64,000 nt of DNA from Squalus acanthias. Lineage: Eukaryota. The translations under genes and the position numbers were made by a program. The notes under the pieces were generated by a model. It ran no database searches. It was given only the letters and a program-made list of their open reading frames with translations, and was not told the origin of the DNA. The stretch spans positions 169,882,001-169,946,000 of the forward strand of contig CM059425.1 of assembly GCA_030390025.1 (NCBI GenBank). Direction: 5' to 3'. Shown here one piece after another: positions 49,736 to 62,462 of the stretch; the first letter of the stretch is position 1; every line of letters starts with the position of its first letter.

Positions 49736-50499
49736 TGAGTGAAGTGGGTGTGGTGCATTGAGCAGCGTGTGAGGCTTGTGGTGCAGATGGTGGGATATGG
49801 TATTTTCTGGAGCCTTCACTCACCTTGACCAGCCGTGTGAGGTCATTAAACTTTTTACGGATCAGATCCATGTCCTGAGTACGACACTGGTTACTGTGAC
49901 GGATTGTACAATCTCCTCCCAAATCCTTCTGGTGATGACCTTTGATAGCCCGCCGTCATTCCACCCCCAGCACCAAGGCCTCCAGTGCAGCATCTCACTC
50001 TCTCTCTTTCCTGTTGCACCATTGCTTCTCATCTGACAATGAGGTGCTTCTGCAACAAAGCACCTCCCTTTTAAGTAGTGGAGAGAGCCTCGGACAAACT
50101 TTATTGGTCAGTAGATTGCATCCAAAATTGCGCCCCCCCCCCCCCAGTTAAGCGCCAAGACAATCAGCAGTGTGTTTAGTGCTGAGATCAGCGCTGCAAT
50201 CATGTTAATGAGCAGGCAGCACGAATTTTGCGTACTGCCTGCACCACTTAGAGGAGGCACAGGCAAATAGCGCTGGCCTGTGACACTGCTCGTTTTTGGG
50301 CCATATCAAATTTCTAGGTCTTTGCCTCTATTTATAAAGCCAAGGATCCCATATGCCTTTTTAACAGCCTTCTCAACTTGTCCTGCCACCTTCAAAGACT
50401 TGGGCCGGAATTTTACTTACTGAGCCGGGTCAGGTCCATGCGGGCTGTGTGTCGGGTGGGAAACGCGTTGTTCTGATCATCCCGCTGCTCAGAGCGACT

Positions 50500-51589
50500 T
50501 TCAGTTAATGGCGCCTCTGAAGAGGATGTGCGCTCTGTGCCTTGCTCCTCATGCAGTGCTAATCCTCGTTGCTGCACTATGTTGTGCAGCATGCAGCAGA
50601 CGACCACGATTCTGCAGACCCTGGCTGGTGCGTTCTGAAGTGCTGCTCCAGATCTGTCAAGGCATCTGAAGCGCATCTTCAGCATGCCTATTGTTTGCTC
50701 TATGACACATCTGGTGGACATATGGCTTTCATTATAGCACTCCTGGGCCTCAGTACATGGCCTCCTTAACAGTGTCATGAGCCACGTCTTCAGTCCCTTG
50801 TCTCCAAGCAGCCAGCCTGTAAGTCTGTTGGAGGAGCGAAGAGCTGAGGGAGGGGGAATGGCGCAGCACAAAAGTGTCATGACAGCTGCCAGGGAATCTG
50901 GCACAGACATGCATAATCATCTTTTTATGGTTGCAGACGAGCTGCACGTTGAGGGAGTGGAAGCCCTTGCGGTTGACAAAGACTCCTGGGTGATGTGGTG
51001 GTGCCCTGATGGCCACACGTGTGCAGTCGATGACGCTCTGCACCCGTAGGAAGCCAGTCAGAGCAGTAAAGCCGAGCGCCCGCTCAGTAACATTGGCTTC
51101 ATCAGTGGCAAAGATCACATAATTGGCTGACTTGTCAAACATGGCATCAGTGACCTGTGAGATGCATCTGTGGGTGGCTGACTGGGAGATGCCGCAAATG
51201 TCTGCTGCAGATCCTTGGAAAGAGCCTGAGGTGAAGAAGTTGCGGGCACTGGTGACCTTGACAGCTACTGGTAAGGCGTGTCCACCAGGTCCTCTGGGCT
51301 CCAGCTCTTGCTCCAGCAAGCTGCAAATGTCTGCGAAGACCTGGCGCGATAGCCTGAGCCTCTGTTGGCAGTGCTGCTCAGTCATGTTGAGGAAGCTCAT
51401 CCTCTGCCTATTTACCCTGTGTTGGGGGTATCTCCTCCGGCGCAGTGCAGCCCTGCGCTGATGCCCTCTGTCCTGTGGAGAATCAGATCATTGAGGAGAA
51501 GGCTGCTGTTGTTGTTGCTGCTGATGATGTTGGGGCTCATCATGGTCCGATTCTGAGGACCAAGGTGAGACAGTATAAACAGCACCCAT
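50500..51589 (-). pseudogene. Harbinger DDE transposase pseudogene, close relative of 2679-3962
   Basis: [33 protein letters not shown] and [17 protein letters not shown]. Frameshifted, and the acidic tail is missing. Confidence 0.92.
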
Positions 51590-51715
51590 GCTGATATAAT
51601 AGATGGCAGGTCAAGTAGAGATCAGAGGAGCAATCTGTCAATGTTTTGATAGTTAGTAGTAATGAGGTGAGCGTGGCTTCCGAGGTTGCAGAAAGACTTG
51701 CAAACTGTAGACACT

Positions 51716-52350
51716 GGGGGGGAAAAATTTGGTTGCTTTGCCCTGAGAGGGCGCCAACAGGGCGCAAAGCAACTCGCGCCCGGGCGCGGTGCCGCCAACG
51801 CCTCCCGCGAAATTTAGCAGGGTATTAGTGGCGGCGGTAACCGTTAGCGCCCCGCGGCGCTGCGCAGCCAGCGATGACGTCATCGCTATGCGCAGCGCCC
51901 AGCTCGCGCCCCGGCCATGATCTTCGGTAGCGCCCCCTGACTTACCGCCAGACGCTATGTCCGACAGGGTCAGGGGGGCCAACCTGCGGCCAGGGCGGCG
52001 CTATTTAAAGGCGTGGTGCCGGGCGGCCATTTTTGTTGCTGGCCACCTGCCAGCAACTGTCACCGCTGCCATCCCTGGCCTCCTGAGCAGCAACCCCCCA
52101 CCCCCCCGGTGGACCAGCTGGGCCCCGGGTCGCGCTGCGCAAGGTCCCTCCCCTTTAAGAAGGGGAGGAAGGCCTGCAATACCGCGGCACGTAGCACCAC
52201 GATATTCCCTCGCAGCACCCCAAGAGGGAGGCGGGGTGCTTCCAGTAGCGCCCCGCTTCCCTCTTGGGGTGTTACGCTCAATTTTGTCCACGGGGGCGCT
52301 AAGTTTTTTGGGGCGCTGAAAGTAGCACCCCGGTGAAGTTAGCGCCCCTT
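51716..52350. mobile_element. CpG-rich MITE-like insertion nested in the Harbinger element
   Basis: Abrupt GC/CpG-rich block starting GGGGGGGAAAAATTTG, with repeated agcgcccc/ggggcgct motifs and a central palindrome. No right TIR found. Confidence 0.6.
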
Positions 52351-52939
52351 AAATCGGTGTTCAAAATGGAGTCAGCAAGAGCCTTTCCCTTAGGCAAGTA
52401 TTGAAGTGTCATGTGAGAGTATTTATTTGGATTTCCATGCTCTGCATTAATGATCTCGCTCAATGGCCACTGAGCTTCTGTCTCAGGTTGACAGTCATGG
52501 TTCCCGAGCTGCGGGATTCTCGTGGTCATCCAGTGAAATTCAAAAGGTCTGGTTAAAAACATTGTTAAGTGTCTGACAACAAGGTTTTAATGAGCTAAAT
52601 GAGGTCGGCCGCCTCTGCCGTTCAGGTCCATGCCGCACTGGCAAATGCGCCCGAGTTAAAGGAGCGAGGAGGTGGGATGACGGCGGATTCCCGACGCGCT
52701 CCCATTTTTTGCGCCTTTCACTGCCAACCCGCCTCCAAACCCACACACATGGCAGCAGGAAAATTCCGGCCTTGTTTCCGTACACTCCCAGGTCTCTTTG
52801 TTCCTGCACCCCCTTTAAAATTGAACCATTTAGTTTATATTGCCTCTCCTCATTCTTCATGTCTGCCCATCTCACAAGCCTGTCTATGTCCTTTTGAAGT
52901 CTGTTACTATCCTTCTCACTATTTAGGATGGAAGTCACA

Positions 52940-53800
52940 GATGTATTGTCCATCTGAATGAGAATTTCCTTGAAGTTGCTCCCACCCTGTTGCCATTACT
53001 TCACAAGAAGTGCAGCGGAAACCCGAACTTCACTTCACCACTGACCAAAAGCAGCAACACGAGAGGAAAGCTGGCATTCCCAAAGTCCAGATGGTCATTG
53101 ATTGCATCCATATTGCCTTCAGGCCTCTGTGCACAATGCAGTGTATGGACCCAAAAGGATTTTCTCAAATTGCAATGAGAATGGTATACGACTGCAAATG
53201 AGAGGTGATCTCATTGAAACATATGAAATACTTAGCGGGCTTGACAGGGTAGATGCTGAGAGGCTGTTTCTCCTAGTTGGAGAGTCTAGAAATAGGAGTG
53301 TCAGGATAAGGGGTCGGCCATTTAGGACTGGGGTGAGGAGAAATTTCTTCACTCAGAGAGTTGTGAATCTTTGGAATTCTCAACTCCAGAGGGCTTTGGA
53401 AGCTCAATCATTGAGTATATTCAGGACTGAGATCGAAAGATTTTTGGGCACTAAGGGAATCAAGGGCTCTGGGGATAAGAATGGAAAGTGGAGTTGATGT
53501 AGCTGATCAGCCATAATCTTATTGAATGAGGGAGCAGGCTGGAGGAACCATAGTCATGTTCCTATTTCTTATGTTCTTACGTTCAAACACAGAATGCCTG
53601 CTTACCCAGAAGCTCTCACACCTGTGTTACACCTTATTTGAAGGGGAATGAAGATGGAAGGATGGCACCAGGCAGACCAAAAGTTATCCTATGCAGCCAT
53701 GGCTCATGACACCCATTGCACTAACCATGGACAGAAGCAGAGTGTAGGTACCGTGAAGCTCATGTTAATACCATGGGATCTTGAAGCAATGCTTTGCAAA
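52940..53800 (+). pseudogene. Old Harbinger transposase fragment interrupted by a CR1 3' end
   Basis: AGIPKVQMVIDCIHIAFR before 53198, and GW...SYPMQPWLMTP after 53580. Confidence 0.65.
53198..53580 (+). mobile_element. CR1 LINE 3' end
   Basis: MRGDLIETY...FFTQRVVNLWNS, with a ttcttatg tail. Confidence 0.88.
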
Positions 53801-54240
53801 GTAGAAATTGGCGAAGTTCACATACGAATGATTCATGCATTGAGTATATTCATATTACTGAGTGCATTAATGCTGGGGTCAGCTCAACAGTCAATTCACT
53901 AAGGTATAGATGGCAAGTGGAAATTATCAACAATTTTATATTCTACCTGGATATATACTCAGTAGACCTACTTAAACACTCCAGCATTGTAATTGCCATG
54001 GATATTTTCCCATACAAATGCAACAACACTTTTAATGTTTGGTCAACTAATAGACACAAATCTATTTTTTGTTTCCATCAGTATAATGATACAATGTTTG
54101 TTCTGTTAACATATTTGCTTTGTTCAATCTATTTGCATTCCTCAATAATCGGTGTCATTTTCTCATTCATCTGCTTATTTGTTAAGTGATTCAAGTTAAG
54201 TGTAATTGGCAAATGAACATCAATGTAGGTAAGTGTGAGG

Positions 54241-57200
54241 TCATAGAGTCATATGGGGGCGGTTTTATGAATGGGGGCGCGTTGGAGGCGGGACTGCTGC
54301 TTGGCCGGGTCGATGTCCCGCCTCCATCGATTTGTGGCCAACCCAAGCTATTTTCCCTTGATTGACCTTGTTAAGCCCGCCGAGCGGGCTTAGCAGGCCA
54401 ATTAAGGGAAAACCAGTTGCAGAGCATGTCAACGTATGACATTTCATCTGTCAAAAATTTTTGACAGATGAACTGTCATCGTTTGACAGCTCTGTGAAGC
54501 TGTCAAACAGTGACATTCTCTGCAGTTTGATGAGATCTTGAATACAAGATCTCATCAAACTTCTTTCTTTTACAGAAATTAGATGGTTGTTGCATCTGAG
54601 AATGCAACGGCCACCTGTCAATCCCAACGCGGAGGTCCGAGACTCTCCGCATACACACCGACTGAAGCCTGCAGGAAGGAACAAAGGTAAGTACACTTTT
54701 AATAACAGTTTGCACTTACCTCAGATGCTCACCTCTACACTCTTGCACCCATCACTTACCTTCACAGTACACTTTTGCATCCCCCCGACCCCCGCAGACC
54801 CACTACTCGCTTCGCTGAGCTGGCGGGTTTCAGAACCTTCGGGAAGCCCACACTTGTGAGGGCAAAAAGGGGATAATCCTATTTTCTACCTGTTAACTAC
54901 CTGTTAACAGGTAGTTAATAGGCTTTAATCCCTTCCCGCCTCCAAGGAGACAGGACCCAGCGTGGGACGGCTGCCCACCTCCTAGGAAAATGGCATGGAG
55001 GCGGGTTGGGCACCCGCCCCCAAATTCTGCCATTTTCCCGGCAGTCCCGCCTCCATACCCGCCTCCCCAGGGCTGGCAAAATCGCCCCTATAGAGTCATA
55101 ACGGCACAGAAGGAGGCCATTTGGCCCATCGAGTCCGTGCCGGCTCTCTGTAGAGCAATCCAGTCAGTCCCATTTCCCTGCTCTATCCCTGTAGCCCTGC
55201 AAGTTTATTTCCCTCAAGTGCCAATCCAGTCTCCCTTTGAAAATATTGAATGTCTCAGCTTCCACCACTTCCGTCGGCAGCGAATTCCAGGTCATCACCA
55301 CTCGCTGCGTGAAAAAGATTTTCCTCACATCCCCCCTGTATCTCTTGCCCAAAACCTTAAATCTGTGTCCCCTTGTCCTTGTACCATCAACTAGTGGGAA
55401 CAGCCTTTCCCCGTCTAGCCTATCCAAACCCGTCATAATCTTATACACCTCTATCAAATCACCCCGCAACCTCCTTTGCTCTAATGAAAACAAATCCAGC
55501 TTCTCCAACCTGTCCTTGTAGCTAAGATCCCCAATCCCCGGAACCATTCTGGTAAATCTCCTCTGCACCCTCTCAAGGGCCTTCACATCCTTCCTAAAGT
55601 GTGGTGACTAGAACTGGATGCAATACTCCAGTTGTGGCCTAACCAGTGCTTTATAAAGGTTCAGCATAACTTCTCTACTTTTGTACTCAATACCTCTATT
55701 TATGAAGCCCAAGATCCCATATGCTTTGCTAACCACTCTTTCAATATGTCCCGCCAGCTTCAGGGACCTATACACATTAACTCCCAGGTCCCTCTGTCCC
55801 TGCACACTCTTTAAAACTGTGCCATTAAGTGTATATTGCCTCTCCCTCTTCCTTCTGCCAAAATGCATCACCTCACACTTCTCTGTATTAAATTCCATCT
55901 GTCACTTGTCTTCCCATTCTGCTAGCCTTTCTATGTCCAGCTGCAGTCGATTGGTATCATCATCACTGTTTGCCACAACCCCAAATTTGGTGTCATCGGC
56001 AAATTTAGAAAGTCTACTCTGTATTCCAATATCCAGGTCATTTATATCTATCAAAAAAAGCAGTGACCCCAGCACTGACCCTTGGGGAACACCACTGTCT
56101 ACCATCCTCCAGTCTGAAAAACAGCCATTTACCACAACTCGCTATTTTCTGTCCTTAAGCCAATTCCTTATCCAAGCTGCCACTAACCCACCTATTCCAT
56201 GAGCCTCAATTTTGTTAACCAGCCTTCTATGTGGTACTTTGTCAAACGCCTTCCTAAAATCCATGTTGACAACATCCATTGCATTCCCTTCATCAATCCT
56301 CCCTGTCACTTCATCAAAAAATTCAATTAGATTAGTCAAACACGATCTTCCTTTTACAAACCCGTGTTGGCTCTCCTTAATTAGTTAAACCTCTCCAAAT
56401 GCCCATTAATTTTTTCCTTGATTATTGTTTCTAAAACTTTACCCACCACTGATGTTAAACTGACTGACCTGCAGTTACTAGGATTGCCCTTACACCCTTT
56501 CTTGAACAATGGTGTCACATTTGCCACTTTCCAATCCTCAGGCACCTCCCCCGCATCTAGGGAAGATTGGAAAATTATGGCAAGCTCTTCTGCTATCTCT
56601 TCCCCCAATTCCCTAAGCAACCTGGGATGCAAGCCATCTGCACCAGGCGACTTATCCACTCTAAGCATACCCAGTCTTTCTAGTACATCCTGTCTATCAA
56701 TTTTCACCCCTTCCATTGCTTCTACCTTTTCCACTTCTACCGATACAAACCTCCCCACGAGAATATTGGTCCCGGCTCTGTTGAGATGTAACCTGTCCGG
56801 CTTGTACAGGTCCCAGCTTCCCCAGAAATGGTCCCAATGCCTCAGGAATCTAAAACCTCCCTCCTGCACCATCTCTCCAGCCATGCATTCATCTGTTCTA
56901 TCCTCCTATTCCTGTACTCACTAGCACGTGGCACCGTAAGTAATCCGGAGATTACTACCTTTGAGGTCCTGCTTTTTAATCTCTTTCCTAGCTCTCTATA
57001 GGCTGTCTGCAGGACCTCAACCCTCTTTCTGCCTATGTCGTTGGTACTGATATGGACAACGACCTCTGGCTGTTCACTCTCTCCCCCCTCAGAGTGTCCT
57101 GCAGCCGCTCAGTGACATCCTTGACCCTGGCACCAGGGAGACAACATACCATCCTGGAGTCATGTCTGCGTCCACAGAAACGCCTATCTGTTCCCCTAAC

Positions 57201-58020
57201 CAATGAGTCCCTTATCACTATTGCTCTTCCACTCTTCTTCCTCCCCCCCTGTGCAGCTGAGCCACTCGTGGTGCCGTGGCCTTGGCCTTGGCTGCTCTCC
57301 CCAGAGGAACCATCACTCCCACCAGTTTCTAGGTCTGTGAACCGGTTAGCGAGCAAGATGCACTCTGGGGATTCCTGCGCTGCCTGCCTGGTCCTCCTTC
57401 TCTGTCTGGCAGTCACCCATTCCCTCTCTACCTGCACATTCTGAGGCTGTGGGGTGACCACTTCTAGAAACGTGCTTTCCGAGTATTTCTCAGCCTCGCG
57501 GATGCTCTGTAGTGACTCCAGCTGCCGCTCAAGCTCCGAAACCCGGAGCTCGAGTTGCTGCTGTTGGCGACACTTCCTGCACACGTGGCTGTCCAGGCCG
57601 CAAGAAGCGTCCAGGATTTCCCACATGGCACAGGATGTTCAAATCACGGGACTGAGCTGCCCTGCCATGTCTCTATTGACCAGACTATGGAGGTAATTTA
57701 GCAGAAATAAACTTAACAAGAAACACTCAACAGCTACCCACCAATCAGTACTTCCCTCTATTAGATAGGTTATGACCTACTTAGCAGAAATATACTGAAA
57801 ACAGAACAAAAAAAAACTTACTACAAATACTCACCCTATACTCACCTCTCAGCTCCCTTGTGCCAGCGACACCTTTGAATTCTGACGTCACTCCTTCGTT
57901 GTGTCACTTTCCGACTGTCTCCCTTGCAGGTAGTCCGCTCGCTCAGACTCCCAGGTCTCTGCTCCGTGCTGCCTTTATCCCTGGTCTCCGACTCTGATCC
58001 TCCCGCAGGTCCACTCCCTC
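54241..58020 (-). mobile_element. CR1 LINE with both ends but an internal deletion of the endonuclease domain
   Basis: 5' UTR 58020-57669. ORF1 from ATG 57668 has a Cys motif, a coiled coil and an SGNH-like domain, and is fused near 56740 directly to pre-RT sequence. RT runs to 55164. The catagagt tail is split by the MITE at 54255. Confidence 0.88.
54255..55088. mobile_element. Harbinger MITE (834 bp) inserted in a CR1 tail
   Basis: Ends GGGGGCGGTTTT / AAAATCGCCCC, TSD TAT (54252-54254, 55089-55091). Homologous to 39732-40517. Confidence 0.88.
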
Positions 58021-58023
58021 AGA

Positions 58024-58790
58024 CAGGTGGTACATTTTGGTAGTAAGAATAAGGAGGCCACACACTCCTTGGAAAATAAATGTCTAAATGGGGTAGAGGA
58101 GCAGTGGGACCTGGGGGTAGAGATACACAAATCACTAAAAGTAGCGACACAGATTAATAAGGCCATAAACAAAGAAAAAATATATTAGGGTTCAAAAGCA
58201 GAGAAGTTATGTTAAACTTCTATAGAACCTTGGTTAGACTACACTTGGAGTACTGTGAACAGTTCTTATCTTCATATTATAAAAAGGATATAGAGGCACT
58301 GGGGAAGGTGCAAAAAATATTTACAAGGATGATACCAGAACTGAGAGGGTATACCTATCGGGAAAGGTTGAACAGGCTGGGGCTATTTTCTCTAGAAAAG
58401 GGAAGACTGAGGGGTGACCTGATAGAAGTTTTTAAGATTATGAAAGGGTTTGATAGGGTAGACATAGAGAAGATGCTTCCACTTAAAGGGGGACCAGAAC
58501 TAGGGGCCATAAATATAAGATAGTCACTAATAAATCCAGTAGGGAATTCAGGAGAAACTTCTTTACCCAGAGAGTGGTTAGAATGTGGAACTCGCTACCA
58601 CAAGGAGTACTTGAGGCGATTAACATAGATGCATGTAAGGGAAAGCTAGATGAACACATGAGGGAGAAAGGAATGGAAGGATACGTTGATGGGGTGAGAT
58701 GAAGAAGGGTGGGAGGAGGCTCATGTGGAGCATAAACACCGGCATGGACCTGTTGGGCCAAATGGCCTGTTTCTGTGCTGCAAATTCAAT
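58024..58790 (+). mobile_element. CR1 LINE 3' fragment
   Basis: LVRLHLEYCEQF...RLRGDLIEVFKIM, plus 3' UTR. Confidence 0.88.
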
Positions 58791-59144
58791 GTTATGCGAT
58801 GTAACTTGAAAAATATCTCCTGGGAATACCCTTTCTTGTACAACTGAGTTATCTACATACTTACACCATCCAGTTAGAGATAAAAAGAAAAACAGAAGGG
58901 ATGGAAATTTTAAATGATAATAGAAGATGCTGGAAATGCACAGCAGTTCAGTCAGCATCTCAAGAGAAAGAACACCTCTGCTCAAAGATAGCTCTACTTA
59001 CACATCTCCATAGAATGTGGGTTTATGAGCTTTCTCGTCAGCCACACAGGGGTGTGCTTGCGAGTATCCCAGAAACCTTTTCTGAAGGATATAGATGTAA
59101 TGAAACCTGTAAAGGATTTTAAAATAGGATTTCCCTGGTTTTAT

Positions 59145-59688
59145 TAGGTTAGGCCTCAGCTGGAGTATTGTGTAAAATTCTGGGTACCACACTTTAGGAA
59201 GGATGTCAAGGCCTTGGAGAGATACGGAGGAGACTTACTAGAATGGTACCAGGGGTGAGGGACTTCAGTTATGTGCAGAGAATGGAGAAGCTGGGGTTGT
59301 TCTCCTTAGGTTAAGGGGAGATTTAATAGAGGTGTTCAAAATGGTGAGGGGTTTTGATAGAGTAAATATGGAGAAACTGTTTCCACTGGCAGCATGGTCG
59401 ATTTCCAAAGGACACAGATATATGGTAATTGGCAAAAGAACTAGAGGAGAGATGAGGAGAATTTATTTTACGTAGCGAGTTACTATGATCTGGAATGCAC
59501 TGCCTGAAAGGGTGGTGGAAGCAGATTCAACACTAACTTTCAAAAGGGAATTGAATAAATACTTGAAGGGGAAAAAGTTGCAGGGCTATTGGGAATGGGA
59601 CTAGTAGGATAGCTCTTTCAAAGAGCCGGCACAAGCACGATGGGCCAAATGGCCTCCTTCTGTGCTATATCATTCTATGATTCTATGA
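59145..59688 (+). mobile_element. CR1 LINE 3' fragment
   Basis: ggttaggcctcagctggagtattgtg start and (ttctatga)n tail; same family as 11952-13058. Confidence 0.85.
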
Positions 59689-60802
59689 TTAGACAGGAAT
59701 CAAAAGTGAGCTTAATAGCAAATATCCTCCTGTTTATCTTTATGAAATTGAAAATCCTGGCCTTCTTTCCAGACTTAATTACATTGATGGAAATTGAGGA
59801 CACAGCCAGAAATGCACCAAAATATTGGGAAATCAGTTTAGAAGAACTCTAATGCATATTTTAGAATAGATCCAAAAGCTGAAATTTCCTTAGATATGCT
59901 TTCAGATAGATTGAATTGATACTGTCTCACCTGGAGGAAATGATAGAAATTAGTTTTGGTAAGGTTTGATTTAACTTGATGTAGCCAAATTAGCAGAATA
60001 TCTCTCCAAGAGGCTTGTGATCGTCACCAGGCTAAAATATAAGTCCCTTATATCAGGCTGGAAGAAGCATAAACAGATGGGATTGGTAAGAGTTGTCTCT
60101 GTCTGATATGGAAATATATTCCCAACACCTTTAATGTAGAAAAATTTCTCAAGGAGCTTCACAGAGACTTAATCAGACAAAAATTGATGCTGAGACAAAG
60201 AAGGTGATATTAGGAGGGTTAGGTTGCATTTAAGGAGAAACTTAAAGGAGGAGAGGGAGGTAGAGACGTGGAAAGGTTTAGGTAGGGAATTCCAGAGTAT
60301 GGAGCCTAGACAGCTGAAGGCTCAGCTGACGATGGTGGGACGAAGGGACAGGGCATACATATGAGGCCTGAGTCAGAGAAATAGAGAGTTCTGAGGGGGC
60401 GTGAGGTGGCGTGGTTAGGGATGCAGGAGGTTACAGAGATAGGGAGGGGTAAGGCCACTAAGGGATTGAAATAGCAGAATGAGAATATTAAGTTGGAGGC
60501 ATTGGGGAACCAGGTGCCAATGTAGGTCAGCAAAGACAGTGGTTATGGGTGAGTGAGACTTGCTGCGGGATAGCATACGGGCAGTATAGTTTTGGAAGGG
60601 CTGGAGTTCATGGAGGGTGGAGGATTGGAATAGTCAAGTCTGGAGGTAACAAAAGACTAGATGAGGGTTTCAACAGCAAATGGGCAACAGCAGGGGCAGG
60701 GGCAGAAGGTGATGTTATGAAAGTGGAAGTAGGTGGTCTTTGTGATGGAGAGGATATGGAGTCGGAAGCTCAGCTTGGGTTCAAAGAACATGCCGAGGTT
60801 CG

Positions 60803-60807
<5 letters not shown>

Positions 60808-60847
<40 letters not shown>

Positions 60848-60897
60848 TGTCTCTCTCTCTCTGTCTCTCTCTCTGTCTCTCTCTCTCACACACACAT
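60808..60897. repeat. (CT)n / (CA)n microsatellite
   Basis: Directly visible. Confidence 0.92.
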
Positions 60898-60971
60898 ATC
60901 CAGGTCCACTCACATCAGAAGCAATGCAGACAGGTCCTCTCTCACCAGTAGCTAGACGATCTCTGAGAGCA

Positions 60972-61171
60972 GGCAGTCAGCAATGATGACATCATCAGAG
61001 GCGTGTTTCAGACTGAAACCACTAATTAGTTCATGGGTTCCCACATGCTGCAACTCAATTGCCCAATTAAGTGAAAATTGCATCAGGCATCCACATTAAT
61101 CTGGAGTCGGGGGGGGAACACGAAATGCGGATTACACAACCCCAACCCGACCCCAAGATAAAATCCAGCCC
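60972..61171 (+). mobile_element. Orphan right end of the 1048/2152 Harbinger family
   Basis: Aligns to 1565-1761 and ends AAAATCCAGCCC. No left TIR seen. Confidence 0.8.
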
Positions 61172-62462
61172 ATTGGCTTTGTCTTTTGCAATGTTTAATT
61201 GGAGGAAATTCCAGTTCTGCCAAGACTGGATATCAGATATGCAGTCTAACAACACAGAGGCAGTGGAGGTGTCAAGAGAGATGGTGGAGAGAAGCCTTCC
61301 CCCTCTTCAGGAGAGATTCAGGCAACTCAGCCAACATCATGTGTGGGCCATTGAATGAAGGACTGTCTTGGAGGACCATCTTGGAGGACGGCAGGTTTCC
61401 TTCCTAAAGGACATCTGAAGAGGTGAATATTAGTCGAATTGTAAAGTATACAGGGCAGCACCTCAATAGGACTAAAGGATTGACATCCTCTCAGGGCTTT
61501 AAGGACCTTTCTGATTCCAGAAGATCTGTTCTCCCGTTAATTGCTGCTAAGTAAAATCCTGTTCCCAGTACCAGAGGAATCTTGTCATACTTTTACATTT
61601 GCTGCAGGTGTGCAGACATCTTGTAAGACTTCAATGTATTTACTGTTATATCTGTTCCTTTATTGAAAAAGACTTAGTGAAGATTGGGTGGTGTACTATG
61701 GTTTAGGACACTGTCACCTTGCCTCGGGAACTCATCTTCAAATGCAGCCAACACAGATGGGCTTTAGATTTTTTTTCAGATGGAAGCTCAATCTCTCTCT
61801 CTCTCTCTCGCTCTCTCTCAAGGTTGTTCAGGCTCTGAAGTGCAATCAATTTGTGACAGTCTTAATCCAGTTCTTGGAGCCTTCAAATTCAACAAAACTG
61901 ACACTTTTTCAATAATGTCCCTCAGTAAGACCATGAGAAGGGACAGTTTGAGAATTGAAAAATTCCAAAAGGCCAAAATTCTAATGGCTGAGCTCCATTG
62001 ACAGAAGTGTAACAGGGTCTGGTCTAAATACACCAATTTGCAAAGAAGCATCCCTTGTCAAAATTTGCATGGATGGGGTCATTAGCACAGTCAGTCCACC
62101 AGACCCTGCAAAGACGCATCAGCTACCTCCACCCAAACGGAGGTCTGGATTGTCAGAGTAGTGCCATGCTGCTCCAACACAGCAGGGAGACATGGGAAGG
62201 GCCTCACAAAAATAGGGCAGCAGAGCTCTTCAGCTCCAAATGAGCTATCGAGCCATGCCTACATTATTGATCTCCTGCCGGATTTATTACCTTTTCCCTG
62301 AGGCATTCTGGGGCCTTTACCAGGGCTACAACAGAACTCATGCCTGCCCTCAGCTCGGTCAGGTCTATATGTCAGTGCATTGGTCAGAATTTCCCAGGGA
62401 AGCCGGGAATTCTACCAGACCAACCCCTTTCCAAAGGGAGTGGGGGATGCACAAGAGGCCAG

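Larger units (their letters stand above)
45167..50320 (+). mobile_element. Degraded two-gene Harbinger element (family of 25877-29892) with nested LINEs
   Basis: Transposase on +. The Myb 3' end (46785-47095) and exon 1 (49824-50030, RKKFNDLTRLVK then GTGAGT) are on -. Degenerate TIRs GATCCAGATATTT / AAATTTCTAGGTC make the ends uncertain. Confidence 0.7.
50403..52771 (-). mobile_element. Harbinger deletion derivative carrying only the transposase gene
   Basis: TIRs GGCCGGAATTTT / AAAATTCCGGCC, TSD TTG (50400-50402, 52772-52774). No Myb gene. Confidence 0.88.
50321..52925 (-). mobile_element. CR1 RT fragment split in two (50321-50402 and 52772-52925) by a Harbinger insertion
   Basis: ccaccttcaaagacTTG joined to tttccgtacactcccagg rebuilds contiguous CR1 sequence like 12625-12670. 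Confidence 0.8.
60140..61400 (-). mobile_element. Old L2-clade LINE 3' fragment, interrupted
   Basis: LDCISDIQSW..NFLQLN and NLGMFFEPKLSFRLHILSITKTTYFH are L2-type RT C-terminal motifs. Confidence 0.75.

Noticed and set aside
51653..52336. Several overlapping Gly/Arg/Ala/Pro-rich ORFs
   Set aside because: Expected from stop-codon scarcity in a GC-rich insertion; no domain recognised.
60549..60986. SL- and RE-repeat ORFs
   Set aside because: Translations of the (CT)n microsatellite.
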